NCBI RefSeq assembly: GCF_006345805.1
Contig: NC_043018.1
Location: forward strand, 16,368,001-16,432,000
DNA from: Octopus sinensis
Taxonomy: Eukaryota
DNA: 64,000 nt
Reading direction: 5' to 3'
Below the pieces are notes generated by a model. It did no database searches. It saw nothing but the letters and a program-made list of their open reading frames with translations, and was not told the origin of the DNA. How positions within the stretch are numbered: position 1 is the first letter of the stretch; each line of letters opens with the position of its first letter. Positions 12,293 through 25,264 of this stretch are shown piece by piece. The translations under genes were made by a program, and so were the position numbers.

Positions 12293-12684
12293 AATGGATG
12301 GGAAGCACTCCGTCGGTTACGACGATGAGGGTTCCGGTTGATCCGAATCAACGGAACAGCCTGCTCGTGAAATTAACGTGTAAGTGTCTGAGCACTCCAC
12401 AGACACGTGTACCCTTAACGTAGTTCTCGGGGATATTCAGCGTGACACAGAGAGTGACAAGGCCGGCCCCTTAAAATACAGGTACAACAGAAACAGGAAG
12501 TAAGAGTGAGAGAAAGTTGTGGTGAAAGAGTACAGCAGGGATCACCACCATCCCCTGCCGGAGCCTCGTGGAGCTTTAGGTGTTTTCGCTCAATAAACAC
12601 TCACAACGCCCGGTCTGGGAATCGAAACCGCGATCCTATGACCGCGAGTCCGCTGCCCTAACCACTGGGCCATTGCGCCTCCAG
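12293..12684 (-). mobile_element. SINE family A, full length with TSD
   Basis: tRNA-like head tggaggcgcaatggcccagtggttagg..gtttcgattccc; tail ..gacggagtgcttcc; direct repeat aacagcca at 12285-12292 and 12685-12692. Confidence 0.97.
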
Positions 12685-13284
12685 AACAGCCACTCCTACA
12701 ATTATTTCTTTTGTTTATCGTGTGAATTTCCGACTGCAGAATACAAATTCACAAAAATTTTCGGAAAATTTCAAAGAATTAAAAAATTACGAGGGATTAT
12801 ATGTCGTGCGTAAAGCAGAAGTTAATTGATTTACAGTTTGATGTTAAAACGCGTCACGCACAAAATGACAACTTCCAAATCCTGTTTTCTGACCGGACGA
12901 AAATAATCAAACTTTAAACCTCTGTAACTTAAAATAAAAAAAAAAATTCCGGAAAAAGTGAAATATCTGCTGAGATTCCTCTCGGAAAACTGCGTCAATG
13001 CACCAAATTTTAAAATTTTCAATAAACTTTGAAATTTTCACAGATGCAGCAAAACACAAAAATCTCGATCCGCTTATCTTACACTAGCAGTAATGCAAAG
13101 CTCGGATAAAATGCCGCTAAGCACTTGGCTCGCCGTGCTAATGTTTTTACGAGCTTGCAGTCTTGATATAATAAAATATTGGCTTCTAAATTTTTGGCAC
13201 AACGCCAGCAAGCCCGGGGAACAGGTACGTCGAATACCAGCTGCCAGCTACCGCCCTTTGGTATATTAAAAATTTGAAAATATT

Positions 13285-13660
13285 TATTTCTTTATTGTCC
13301 ACAAGGGGCTAAACATAGAGTGGACAAACAAGGACAGCCGAAGGAATTAAGTCGATTAGATCGGTGCGTAACTGGTACTTATTTAATCGATTCCGAAAGG
13401 ATGAAAGGCAAAGTCGACCTCGGCGGATTTGAACTCAGAACGTAAAGACAGACGAAATATTTCGCTAAATATTTCGCTCAGGGTGCTAAATTATCTTATT
13501 CCTTTATTGCCCACAATGGGCTACACGCAGAAAGGACAAACAAGGACAAACAAAGGGATTAAGTTGATTACAGCAACCTCAGTGCGTAACTGGTAGTTAA
13601 TTTCTCGAACCCGAAAGGATGAAAGGCAAAGTTGACCTCGGCAGAATTTGAACTCAGAAG
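13285..13660 (-). mobile_element. SINE family B, two tandem diverged copies
   Basis: Two runs of gaaaggatgaaaggcaaagtcgacctcggc..gaactcagaa, each with the cccacaa.gggcta 3' part. Confidence 0.85.
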
Positions 13661-13734
13661 AAGAAGAAAAGGAAGAAGAAAAAGAAGAAGGAGGAGGAGG
13701 AGGAGAAGAAGAAGAAGAAGAAGAAGAAGAAGAA

Positions 13735-14010
13735 GATACTTAAGATCTTTTGGTGGTCCACGTAAGAGAATTATTAAAATTATTTTAAGGATCCATGAAA
13801 AATTTTTGGGTAAAAGTTGGGTTTCTTCATCTAACATTTTATGTAGTTCCACCTACAGAACAATATATGTGCGATAAAGAAAATAGGACCTTTGAAAGAA
13901 GTATGTATCAAACTAGTTTCTAAACACCGAATGGTTAGGGGGAGGGGGAGGGAACCTGAATAAAATGATAATCAGAAGAATCCACAGGTGAAAAATGGTT
14001 GTGAAACACT
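13735..14010. mobile_element. Second, decayed copy of the hAT MITE at 11560-11902
   Basis: Shares aacatttta..tagtt..acctaca, aaactagttt and aatggttg.gaa.cac blocks in the same order. Confidence 0.55.
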
Positions 14011-14129
14011 CTTCTAGAATGTCTTGGAAACTTCAGGCCCAGGAGATAATAAAAATTCTTTGGTCTGCTGTCAAAGAAATACCTAGGTTGACGTGGGATT
14101 TCAATTGGTTGGAATTCTGACGCAAAAGC

Positions 14130-14143
14130 TGTAGCAGCAGCAG

Positions 14144-14181
<38 letters not shown>

Positions 14182-14480
14182 GTAGTAGTAGTAGTACGTG
14201 ATTACGTGATTAGTGAGGTAGGCATTGCAAGCATGTTGGTAGTATACACAGACTTTCCATTATTGTATCGGATGTTAATGATGATGATGATGATGACGGT
14301 GGAGGTGGTGTTGTTGTTGCTGGTGGTGGTGGTGGTGGCAATGAGGATGACCATTGTTGTGGTGGTGATGATGGTGGTAGTGGTGGTGACGGCGGCGGCG
14401 GCAGCGGCAGTGGTGGCGGCAGCGGTGGTGGCGGTGGCGGTGGCGATGATGTTGGCGATGATGGTGGCGGCGTTGGCGAT
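14130..14480. repeat. Compound trinucleotide tract (CAG/TTA/GAT/GGT/GGC)
   Basis: Directly visible. Confidence 0.95.
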
Positions 14481-15016
14481 TCTCTGCACGTAGTAGATTC
14501 AGTCGATGGTGTTGTTGATAAGACGTTTGTAACGCTGGCCAGAGGGTGATCAACCCCGGGCTGAAACAATGCCGAAATAGTTCCAGAATGCTGTGTTCAA
14601 AAGTCTTACTTTAAAATCAATTACCTTTAATCAAACACCGTTTAAATTGATCAGCTAAAAGTACCTTAACGAATTAAACGCCATGTTGCAAGTGGCAAAT
14701 TGCTTGAAATAACTATCGATTTTTTTTCTATAGGTTATCTTACATGTCTATTTTATTTATCTGGAAGTGGGATAATGGTTGGCCAGTTTGTTGTTGTTTT
14801 GTATTTTGTTTCGTTTAGTTTCGTTTTTCTTTTCTATTTTTGTTTTTTTTTAGTTCATTTGACACTGTAACTGGCCTCCGAATAATAAGTGTGGTTTATT
14901 CCACTTTATTTCCAGCAAATATTTAAAAAGAAAATGCAATGCACTTTGGAAGTAAACTGAACTGAAAATTTGTAGCAGTAGCAACAGCAGCAGCAGTAGT
15001 AGTAGTAGTCGTAGTC

Positions 15017-15052
<36 letters not shown>

Positions 15053-15309
15053 TCGGTGGTGGTGGTGGTGGTGATGGTGGTGCTTCTTTTCATTGGAAAC
15101 AGATTACAAATTTGTAAAACATTAGCAAAAACAAGACTTGAACGACCAAGTACATGGTAGATGTGTTTATTTTATCGATGAATAGCAAATTAAACTTTGA
15201 TTAGATTTGAACTTGGTTCTTTTTAAAGATGTAAATAAATTGTAGAATGAATAACGTTTGTTTCTTAAAGCTTTGTGGGTAGAAAAGCCCTCAGATGGCC
15301 GTTACTGCC

Positions 15310-15435
15310 AAACAAGGACAGAAAAACGGATTAAGTTGATTATATCGACGCCAGTGCGTAACTAGTACTTATTTAATCGACTCCGAAAGGATGAAAGGAA
15401 AAGTTGACCTCGCCGGAATTTGAACTCAGAACGTT
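15310..15435 (-). mobile_element. SINE family B fragment
   Basis: gattaagttgattatatcgac..gaaaggatgaaagg..gaactcagaacg. Confidence 0.85.
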
Positions 15436-15622
15436 CGTAGCCGCTTTGAAACGTGGATATTTTAGGGTAGTGCTTCTGTAAGACACTATTTTTCTGGTTG
15501 TAACAACCAGTGTCTCAAGAAACAGAGCTAACTCTGCCCTTCTCCCTTCGTCTTTTCTAAATTTGCCTACATTCGACAATTAGGAGTCTTTAACCTTGGG
15601 GCCAATAATGAGGGCCGAGGGA

Positions 15623-15714
15623 TCATCATCATCATCATCATCATTATCATCATAATTATTATGATTATTATGATTATTATCCTCATCAACATCATCATCA
15701 TCAGCAGCAGCAAG

Positions 15715-15758
<44 letters not shown>

Positions 15759-15763
15759 TATTA

Positions 15764-15840
<77 letters not shown>

Positions 15841-15852
15841 GTTATTATTATT
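15623..15852. repeat. (CAT)n/(TTA)n microsatellite
   Basis: Directly visible. Confidence 0.95.
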
Positions 15853-16070
15853 GAGGCGACAAGCTGGTAGACTCGTTAGCACGCCGGGTGAAATGTTTAA
15901 GAGATATTTCGTCTGTCGTTATGTCCTGAGATCAGGTTCCGTCGAGGTCGATTTTACCTTTCATCTTTTCGGGGTCAATAAAATAAGTACCAGTTGAACA
16001 CTGGGATCGATGGAATCGACTCCTCCCTTCTCCCAAAACTGCAGCGCTTGTGGCAAAATTTAAAGCCATA
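15853..16070 (+). mobile_element. SINE family B variant with alternative 3' end, followed by (TTA)n to about 16200
   Basis: gaggcgacaagctggtagactcgttagc head; tttcatcttttcggggtcaataaaataagtaccag body; cttgtggcaaaattt tail. Confidence 0.85.
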
Positions 16071-16078
16071 TTTATTAC

Positions 16079-16196
<118 letters not shown>

Positions 16197-17093
16197 GTTC
16201 TTGTCGTTGTTTTTGTTTTTGTTGTTATAATTAATATTGATAATAATAATATGATGATGGTGATGACATTTATCGTTTCTTTTTATTTGTTTTATTATGG
16301 TTCCTAAGAGAAAACTAGAACGCCGCAACAACGATGACAACGATGACGACGGATATGACAATGCACAGAACAATATTCCTAACATCTAAAGCCAACTGGG
16401 GCGGCGAGGACTGAACTAGAAACACACAAACGCTCCTACACACATTCACACACCTTTCCTCCCTGACACACACACACACACTAAATCATCATAAAGTCTT
16501 TGTCTACAGCAATAGAAAAGTCATTTAAAAATTTTCTCTCAAGTCACTTAAGCAATACAATTAGTTTTTCTTTTTTTATTTCTTAAGTATTCTTCTTCTT
16601 CTTCTCCTTCTTCCTTTATTCTTACTCCATTTTTTCCAATATTTTATGTTAAAGTAATGTACTTTTACATTGCTTTTATTTCATACTATGTATACATTTC
16701 TTATAAAATTAATGGCGGTTTTTTTTAAAGCTTTTTTTGTTACGTCTCTTTCCAGGTGTGGATGTGAAGTTGACGCTGTCGTTAGCAACGTTCAGAAAAT
16801 GTTGTTTATTTTGTTCTTCTTTCTTTGTGTGTGAATGATTTTTGCTTCTTCTGATTGTCATTTCATAATACGTTCTTCACAGTTTGATTAAATTGTTATC
16901 GAAAATGTATTTCCTCTCTTCATTAATTATTGGATTAATTCTTGTTGTGTGATTCTTAACAAAATTATTCGATTCTGTTATTAGTTTTTCCTTGTTCTTG
17001 TTCATGGTTTTGGTGTTGATCGAGAATTAAATATTGTCTTCTAAAAGACATTTCATATACATGTGTTTCAAAATTCTGTATGCGCGTGTGACC

Positions 17094-17094
<1 letters not shown>

Positions 17095-17149
<55 letters not shown>

Positions 17150-17165
17150 TATATCCACATACACG

Positions 17166-17207
<42 letters not shown>

Positions 17208-17217
17208 AATATATATG

Positions 17218-17248
<31 letters not shown>

Positions 17249-17591
17249 TACATATATGAATATATTTATATGCACAATATATGTACGTACACATACAACA
17301 CACATACACACACGCATATATATACATATAAGTATATATATATATATGTAAATGCAGATATATATGCAGACATAAGTGTATGTATATAAGTATATACATA
17401 AGTATATATGCATATATATGCATATTTGAATATTAAATGCCTATACATATATATGCATACACGAATATACACACATACACACACACATATATATATATTA
17501 TACATATATACATATGTATATGTGTGTATATATATATATATATACATGTATATATATATAGAGAGAGAAAGAGAGTGTATGCATATTTATG

Positions 17592-17637
<46 letters not shown>

Positions 17638-17790
17638 TAAAAACACATATGTATATATATATAGAGAGAAAGAGAGAGTAAATGCATTCAAATAAATATA
17701 AATATATTACGTATGATTGTATACAAGTGTATCCACGCGCGTGCGTATGCGTATGTGTGTGTGCATGTCTTTGTATTTGTGTATATGCGC
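17095..17790. repeat. (TA)n/(CA)n/(TATG)n microsatellite complex
   Basis: Directly visible. Confidence 0.95.
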
Positions 17791-18344
17791 ATGCGTACAC
17801 GAAATCCAAACACAAAGACTGAACTAATTAAATCTCCATATACTATTCAGAAATTCAAATAATCAATTTTAATAAAACACAATAATAAATGAACATTTTT
17901 GTTCTTTCGTCTTCTTGTAAAAATTGTTGTCTGCCAGAGATATTAAGCACAAAACGAGAGAAACTTTCGTTGAGGATTGCTTCCATTCCATTCCATTATT
18001 GTCGTTTAATGCAGAAATCGCTGACAAAGTTATTATGACATCTGAATGAAAAATAAAACTTTATGGTATTTTATTTTTCGAAATCTTTAATTTCCGAATT
18101 CAAATTTTCACAAGGTTAATGTGATTCAGACAGAATCAAAGTGACACAAGGTGTAAGAAGCAAGAAGCCTGTAGCTTTTGAATAACAGTCACAATGATTC
18201 TAACCAACCGATGACCTCTATACAATTTCCAGCTACCCAGTTTTCCTTTCAAACTGTGGCTCCACCCGACTGTAAATAGAATGACGTTTACCCAAGATTC
18301 CACACACAATGGAACCGAACTCGAGACGTGATGGTAAAGCGGAT

Positions 18345-18745
18345 TTTTTACCTTTTCTTTTTTTCTTTTACTCATTTCACTCATTACAGTGTGGCCATTC
18401 TGGGGCACCACTGTGAGCAATTTTGGCTGAACGAATCGACCCCAGTCCTTTTCTCTTTGTTTTTAAGCGTGGTACTTATTCTATCGATCTGTTTTGCCGA
18501 ACTGCAAGATCAGGGGAATTAAACAGACCAACACCGGAAATCAAACATCGATATGAACACAAACACACACACGCACACACACAAATAAACATATACACAC
18601 ACACGCGCGTATATATACGGCGATCTTTCAGTTTCCGTCTACTAAATTTACATACAAGGCATTCGGTCGACCCAAGTTGCCATGCAGTAGGACTGAACCC
18701 GGAGCCATTTGGTTCGGAAGCAAACTTATTACAAGGCTACACCTG
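18345..18745 (-). mobile_element. SINE family C, diverged near-full copy
   Basis: Collinear with 6266-6666, with many substitutions. Confidence 0.8.
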
Positions 18746-19016
18746 TATTAATCATTCATCTCTGTTGCACCTACAATCTGGCTTTCAACGAATGCAAGCA
18801 AATAAGTCTTGTATCAGAGAAAGGAACTTTATGTTATTTATAAATTTCCTGTTCCCAGAAACCTTATTCTTTTAAGGCTAAATTAATAAATATACATGAA
18901 ATTAAATAAATGACAAACAGCAAATTATGAAATGAAATCCATTAACTCACAGTTGTTTCTGCCATAAGGTGCAATACACTCAGCTCTGAGAACATGCACT
19001 TCACCCTACGTATGTA

Positions 19017-19641
19017 CGACGGGGTACTGAAAAGTTCCTGGCTTTGGGTAAAAGAAAATATAAGAGGATCAGTTACTCCTTTACTCTTCCTTGTTTCAGT
19101 CATTTGACTGCGGCCATGCTGGAGCACCGCCTTTAGTCGAAGAAACCGACCCCAGGACTTATTCCTTGTAAGCCTAGTACTTATTCAATTGGTCTCTTTT
19201 GGCAAACTGCTAAGTTACGGGTACATAAACACACTAGCATTGGTTGTCAAGCGACGTTAGGGAGACAGAGACACACAAACACACACACATGTATATATAC
19301 ATATACATATATACGACGGGCTTCTTTCAGTTTCCGTCTACCAAATCCACTCACAAGGCTTTGGTCGGCCTGAGGCTATATTAGAAGACGCTTGCCCAAG
19401 ATGCCACGCAGTGGGACTGAACCCGGAAACATGTGGTTGGTAAGCAAGCTACTTACCACACAGCCACTCCTGCGCCTACAATTAATTAGGATTTTATTAA
19501 CTGTATCCCCCTCTCGGATTCACACACTTATTGCAGCGATCCTTCAGGTTTTCTAAGCCCTGTAAAAGAACTCGGAATTTTGGGCCTCCAGCCAAACCTT
19601 TCGCAATACCCTTAAAGCAGAGAACTTTTCAGCATCACTCC
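19017..19641. mobile_element. Tc1/mariner-type MITE interrupted by a SINE
   Basis: Left TIR ta-cgacggggtactgaaaagttcctggcttt; right end reverse complement ta-ggagtgatgctgaaaagttctctgcttt; TA flanks. Confidence 0.75.
19076..19478 (-). mobile_element. SINE family C, full length, nested in the MITE
   Basis: Collinear with other C copies; flanks agtta / aatta are a possible short TSD. Confidence 0.95.
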
Positions 19642-19652
19642 TATATATGTAT

Positions 19653-19687
<35 letters not shown>

Positions 19688-20183
19688 AAGTTACCTGAGA
19701 GTGGAAGGGCATTGATTATTCTCCCTGCAAACCTAAATTCCAGAAGTTGTGAGATTGATATGTTAAGTCACTGCAGGAAATCACGACCAACCGATCATGA
19801 ACCGAATACCCTAACCAGTAAGCCACGCGCTGTAAATAAGTATTCCCTAAGAATCAAGGCACATTAATATGTAGGACGCCAGAAAGTGGCTTGGTACAAA
19901 CACAGAGCTCACAGTGACGTAAAATAACATTGTAGATTCCAGGGCTGGCATTGTACCGTAGATATGCAAATGCCAAATCCACTTTGTAGCCATCGATCCG
20001 ACTCGCTACTGGGTCCTTGGTGTGGTATAGAAAAATAAATACAAATGCCATTTAAAACGTACGACACTTGTTTCGGCTGTATTTCATTTAATGTAGTCGT
20101 AAAAGATTACATCTTTATATACACGTTGCCCATAAAACGTTGGCTATGTCCAGGTCGACATTAGAATCTTACCTTTTAAAAAT

Positions 20184-20268
20184 TGCACCTGATGATGGTG
20201 GATTCTATGTTATGGTATAATCTTTTACGATATATTAACTAAAATTTTACTGAAACACATGCCGAAAA
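20184..20268 (+). ncRNA. Degenerate hammerhead-like motif with an inverted half copy at about 20058-20115
   Basis: cac CTGATGA tggtgga..tttact GAAA cacatg CC. The inverted partner reads GAAA caagtg TC on the minus strand and shares taatcttttacga. Confidence 0.4.
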
Positions 20269-20910
20269 TTTTGAACACCATTCGAATGTACTGTTTATCT
20301 GTGTGTGTGTGCGCGTGTGCGTGTGTCTGTATATATATATATATACTCATATATAAGGAAAATAGGAGAGAACATAACTTTAGTTTGGTGCATAAGCACC
20401 TATTTTGATTATTATAACTTTCTGAAAACTTCATTTTTAATGAAATTTTGCTGAGTTAGGTTTTCGGTAGAGCAGACAGCGATTATGCTGATAAAATTTA
20501 GAAAAATAATATCGTAAATTTTATTGCGCATATACAATGAGAAATTTGCTTCATTTAATTTCATTTTCAAACAAATATTTTTCTATGGAAAATCAGCATT
20601 CATTCCATCGTTATGTATAAGCAGCAAGAAATATAATAAAATTAAATTATAATTATGATCTACGTATGGCATACTTATTGATATTACCAATGCTGACAAA
20701 AGTGTACTTCCAATGTTACCCAACCGTATGATGATGATGAAGATGATGACAATGATGAAAGGAATGAATATATATGTGTGTATGTGTTATCTTTAACCCG
20801 TTTAAATCATTGGACTTCGGCCATTTAGGTGTACCACCTTGAGGGATTTTAGAGGAACAAATCTATCTCCAGGACTTACTTTTGAAACCAACACTTACTC
20901 CATCCGATTA

Positions 20911-21229
20911 GTTATTATTTAACCGAACCCAAAAGGATGAAAGCGAAGTCTACCTCGGCGAAATTTGAACTCAGAACTCAACGGCAGACGAAATATCTGT
21001 TTCATTATTACCCACAAGGGGCTAAACATAGAGGGGACGAACAAGGACAGACAAACGGATTAAGTCGATTACATCGACCCCAGTGCGTAACTGGTACTTA
21101 ATTTATCGACCCCGAAAGGATGAAAAGCAAAGTCCACCTCGGCGGAATTTGAACCCAGAACGTAACGGCAGACGAAATAACGCTAGGCTTTTCGTCCGGC
21201 GTGCTTACGATTCTGCCAGCTCACCGCCC
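20911..21229 (-). mobile_element. SINE family B with tandem (dimer) junction
   Basis: A full head-to-tail copy continues into a second body through a diverged gaaata-gg-tatttc junction at about 20985-21015. Confidence 0.9.
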
Positions 21230-21250
21230 TATGTCTATATATTATTGATG

Positions 21251-21636
21251 TGGAGGCGCAATGGCCCAGTGGTTAGGGCAACGGACTCGCGGTCATAGGA
21301 TCGCGGTTTCGATTCCCAGACCGGGCGTTGTGAGTGTTTATTGAGCGAAAACACCTAAAAGCTCCACGAGGCTCCGGCAGGGATGGTGGTGATCCCTGCT
21401 GTACTCTTTCACCACAATTTTCTCTCACTCTTACTTCCTGTTTCTGTTGTACCTGTATTTCAAGGGGCCGGCCTTGTCACTCTCTGCGTCACGCTGAATA
21501 TCCCCGAGAACTGCGTTAAGGGTACACGTGTCTGTGGAGTGCTCAGCCACTTACACGTTAATTTCACGAGCAGGCTGTTCCGTTGATTCGGATCAACCGG
21601 AACCCTCATCGTCGTAACCGACGGAGTGCTTCCCCA
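21251..21636 (+). mobile_element. SINE family A, full length with TSD
   Basis: Direct repeat tatattattga at 21238-21248 and 21637-21647. Confidence 0.97.
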
Positions 21637-21820
21637 TATATTATTGAATCTTATCGTCTGCCGTTGAGTTCTGAGTTCAAATTTCGCCGAGGTAGAGTCT
21701 TATTATGCTGTTTCTGATCCCTTACTTTCAATCAATAGATGATATGTATATTTTCCCACATAAATTCCATATCTAAGATGGTATCATTTTTTCAGTGGTC
21801 TTTGTAGTGATCACCTTAAT

Positions 21821-22215
21821 GTGGATGGAAGCACTCCGTCGGTTACGACGATGAGGGTTCCGGTTGATCCGAATCAACGGAACAGCCTGCTCGTGAAATT
21901 AACGTGTAAGTGGCTGAGCACTCCACAGACACGTGCACCCTTAACGTAGTTCTCGGGGATATGATATTCAGCGTGACACGGAGAGTGACAAGGTCGGCCC
22001 TTTGAAATACAGGTGCAACAGAAACAGGAAGTAAGAGTGAGAGAAAGTTGTGATGAAAGATTACAGCAGGGATCACCACCATCCCCTGCCGGAGACTCGT
22101 GGAGCTTTTAGGTGTTTTCGCTCAATAAACACTCACAACGCCCGGTCTGGGAATCGAAACCGCGATCCTATGACCGCGAGTCCGCTGCCCTAACCACTGG
22201 ATCATTGCGCCTCCA
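21821..22215 (-). mobile_element. SINE family A, full length with TSD
   Basis: Direct repeat gatcaccttaat at 21809-21820 and 22216-22227. Confidence 0.97.
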
Positions 22216-23142
22216 GATCACCTTAATAGTTATATAAAGATGAGGTATTTGGTTAATTCTACATAATAGGAATCTTCTCTTTAATGTTTAAACTGATCTA
22301 TATATGCCTCTTATCTAACCTGTTGCTGATATCTTTTCCTAAATTCTTTTTTTAAAAATTTTACTTTTATTTTTTATACACCGTAATAATCCACGGTTTT
22401 TACCGCACCCTGATAATAAACAATTTTTCCTCTGAGCCCTTAATGTTTTCCGATATTTCATTATAACGTCCTTAGTTTCATAGTTACACCCCTTTAACTG
22501 AAAATAACGACAAGAGTTGATGTCACCCCAACCCTACCTCTTTATGGACATTTATTACTAATTGACTACTTGTAACGTCCGTTTCTTTTTGTGGCGAGGG
22601 GTCCTTATGACAGTAGGAAAGTAAGGAATAAAAGAAACATCTAGTAACATTGTTTTATGACCAGCAGCCAGCTCCCAGCTGTCAACTTACAATGTTCTTT
22701 ATTCTCAATAAACTCAGTTTTTTAGCCTTAGATCTTTTGTTGGTGATAAATTAGAAATTAATTACAATCCCATGTGTTCCATACCACTCCGAAATTGTAG
22801 TTGTTCTTCTCTTAGCTTATTCTTCCTGCAATAATGGCAACATAAATTTTTTTTCATTCTCTAGCTCTGATAAAATGTTTGAGAAAAATTATATCAATAT
22901 ACATTGTCTGTCGAAAATCCGTATTTCTTGCAACTGTAGATGGCATTCTATTTAAATTGATGTACTCTTTGCATTGTTCAATTAAATGAAGCTCCTTGAA
23001 ACGGCCGTATTGCACTAAAACTTGACATCCTTTATGCTTCAGGCGCAAAGGCCTCTAAAACTATTTGCATTCTCAGAAGCTATTTTCTCTATTTTTAACT
23101 TCTTCGATTTTGCAATGCTTCAATCGAACTACAACGCACTCA

Positions 23143-23181
<39 letters not shown>

Positions 23182-23258
23182 CACACACACACACACACAC
23201 ATATGTATAGCGGTAATTTCCCTTTGTTTAACGGTCATTTTCATAGCATCTTTTTAAT

Positions 23259-23329
23259 GCCTTGATTACTGACGAGATGCCGGAGCAGTTTTCCACTCCG
23301 ACATCCGAAACTCTGAGTTTTATTATGGC
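23259..23329 (+). ncRNA. Type I hammerhead motif, slightly decayed
   Basis: gccttgatta CTGACGA gatgccggag-cagttttcca-ctccgacatc c GAAA ctctgag TT ttattatggc. Helix II pairs 9 of 10, helix I pairs 8 of 10, helix III is ACTC-T-GAGT. Confidence 0.7.
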
Positions 23330-23438
23330 AACCGAATAATTGTCACATATTACACTACAGATAAATTCCTCTAATTACATAATATCGAGGCCTCTTCCAT
23401 TCCTTTGTTGTCATACCATTACTATCAATATATATATA

Positions 23439-23483
<45 letters not shown>

Positions 23484-23637
23484 ATATATATATATCCGTA
23501 AATATAAGAGAGCCAACTTTGAGTATGTTAACTCTAGTGCTAGAAATAGCTCCACCGGTAGTCGCCAACGATAATTCCACATAGAGATAGCACTACAATC
23601 AACGCAATGAAATTGAAATACAACTAAATAATGGATT

Positions 23638-23716
23638 AATGTTGTACAATTGTTTCCTCATTAACAAAATATGCAGATTATACTTACATAATTGTCTATG
23701 ATTCGTCAGCAACATT
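23638..23716 (-). ncRNA. Type I hammerhead ribozyme motif with intact core
   Basis: Minus strand: aatgttg CTGACGA a tcat..atga g GAAA caattg TA caacatt. Perfect 7-bp helix I; helix III is the palindrome ACAATTGT; GUA cleavage triplet. Confidence 0.82.
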
Positions 23717-23779
23717 TGTCAATATAATTAATCAGACCATACAGGCGACGATTAACCATGTGGTCTGGTCAATTATTGA

Positions 23780-23822
<43 letters not shown>

Positions 23823-23850
23823 TGTGTGTGTGTGTGTGCATGTATGTATG

Positions 23851-23881
<31 letters not shown>

Positions 23882-24189
23882 GAATGTCTATATGAGTTAG
23901 AGTTTAAATAATCATTTAAAGGATAATAAATATCCGATATTTTAGTAGCGTAATTGAACAATAGGTATGAGTGTGGGTAAAGCAGAAATTTAACCAGAAT
24001 TTATAAGGCAAATAAGAAAATGGACAGGATAATCAATCGACAAATATCTGTCTGTAAACATTCATTTGGATCTATTTATTAATTAATTACAATCGTATAT
24101 ATAAGTTATCAAAATAAATAAGTAAATAAAAAAGTAAACGAATAAATAAATAAAAATAAATGAATGAATGAAAAAATACTAAGCATATT

Positions 24190-24310
24190 ATGACAGGCTT
24201 CTTTCAGTTTCCGTCTACGAAATCCACTCATAAAGCTTTTTTTGGCCCGGGGTTACAGAAGAAGACAAGATGCTGTGTAGGGTAATTGAACCCGAAACAT
24301 TGTTATTGGG
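24190..24310 (-). mobile_element. SINE family C 5' fragment
   Basis: gacaggcttctttcagtttccgtctac..ttgaacccgaaac. Confidence 0.8.
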
Positions 24311-24479
24311 AAGTGTATGTGTGTGTGCGTGTGTGTTTGTGTGTGTATGCGTGTATGTGTGTGCCTGGGTCTATGTGTAAGCATCATAAAATATGTAAAG
24401 ATTGAATTAAGATTTTTGTATCTTCGCCACATCCGTTAATATTGCACATGGCGACAATAGTGTTACATGTCATATGACG

Positions 24480-24543
24480 AATGTGTGTCTGTGCGTGTGT
24501 GTGTGTGTGTGTGTGCGTGTGTGTGCGTGTGCGTGTATATGTG

Positions 24544-24580
<37 letters not shown>

Positions 24581-24617
24581 GTGTGTGTTTGTGTATGCGT
24601 GCGTGTGTGTATATATG

Positions 24618-24656
<39 letters not shown>

Positions 24657-24720
24657 CCGTGTGTGTGTGTATGTGTCCGTGTGTGTGCGTGTGTGTGTGT
24701 TTGTGTGTGTATGTGTGTGA
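24480..24720. repeat. (TG)n microsatellite complex
   Basis: Directly visible. Confidence 0.95.
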
Positions 24721-25264
24721 GAACGAACTGCATCATTTGCTTGCAGATCTGCTGAATATTTTAAGTCACTTCCTGAGGTCTGAAAGTAAGCAACTCGAAT
24801 TTTTTTTCTAGTATTTTTCTCGACATAACGAAATCACGATAACGAAATCATCTTTTCGTTCGAAATAAAATCTTTTCACAACGAATTTAATGATGTAAAA
24901 TCATAAAAAATTTATTAAAAAAACAAACAAACAAAACAAATGAGTTTTAATCAATTTTCCTTGCATTTTTTAAAAGTTTCAGCTTTCCTATTTTTCGTAT
25001 TTAGTCTGACTCGATTTAATCTACAATGTTTCTCGTACGTTAGGGGAAAAATCTGTAAGAAACGTTGAGAAAATCAAATACGATAATTTCATTAAAGTTT
25101 GTAATTTTTCAATGAATTAATTTAGATTAACTTCATTATTTCATTAAAGCTCCCATGTTAAATCTGTTAATTATCTTTATCGCCCCTTTTATATTTACCT
25201 TATGTACGCTACACACAGAGACATGGGGAACCTCGTATGAGGGTTAATAATATTTATTAGCTAA

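Noticed and set aside
16745-16800. Possible splice acceptor (ctctttccag|gtgtgg)
   Set aside because: No donor or open frame to support an exon.
21251-21325. tRNA gene (also the heads of other A, C and G copies)
   Set aside because: A and B boxes are present, but there is no paired acceptor stem or regular anticodon arm, and the head continues into a SINE body with a TSD.
22976-23014. GAAA-cggccg-TA palindrome resembling helix III
   Set aside because: The upstream core reads TAAATGA (three changes) and helix I does not pair cleanly; too weak without a family alignment.
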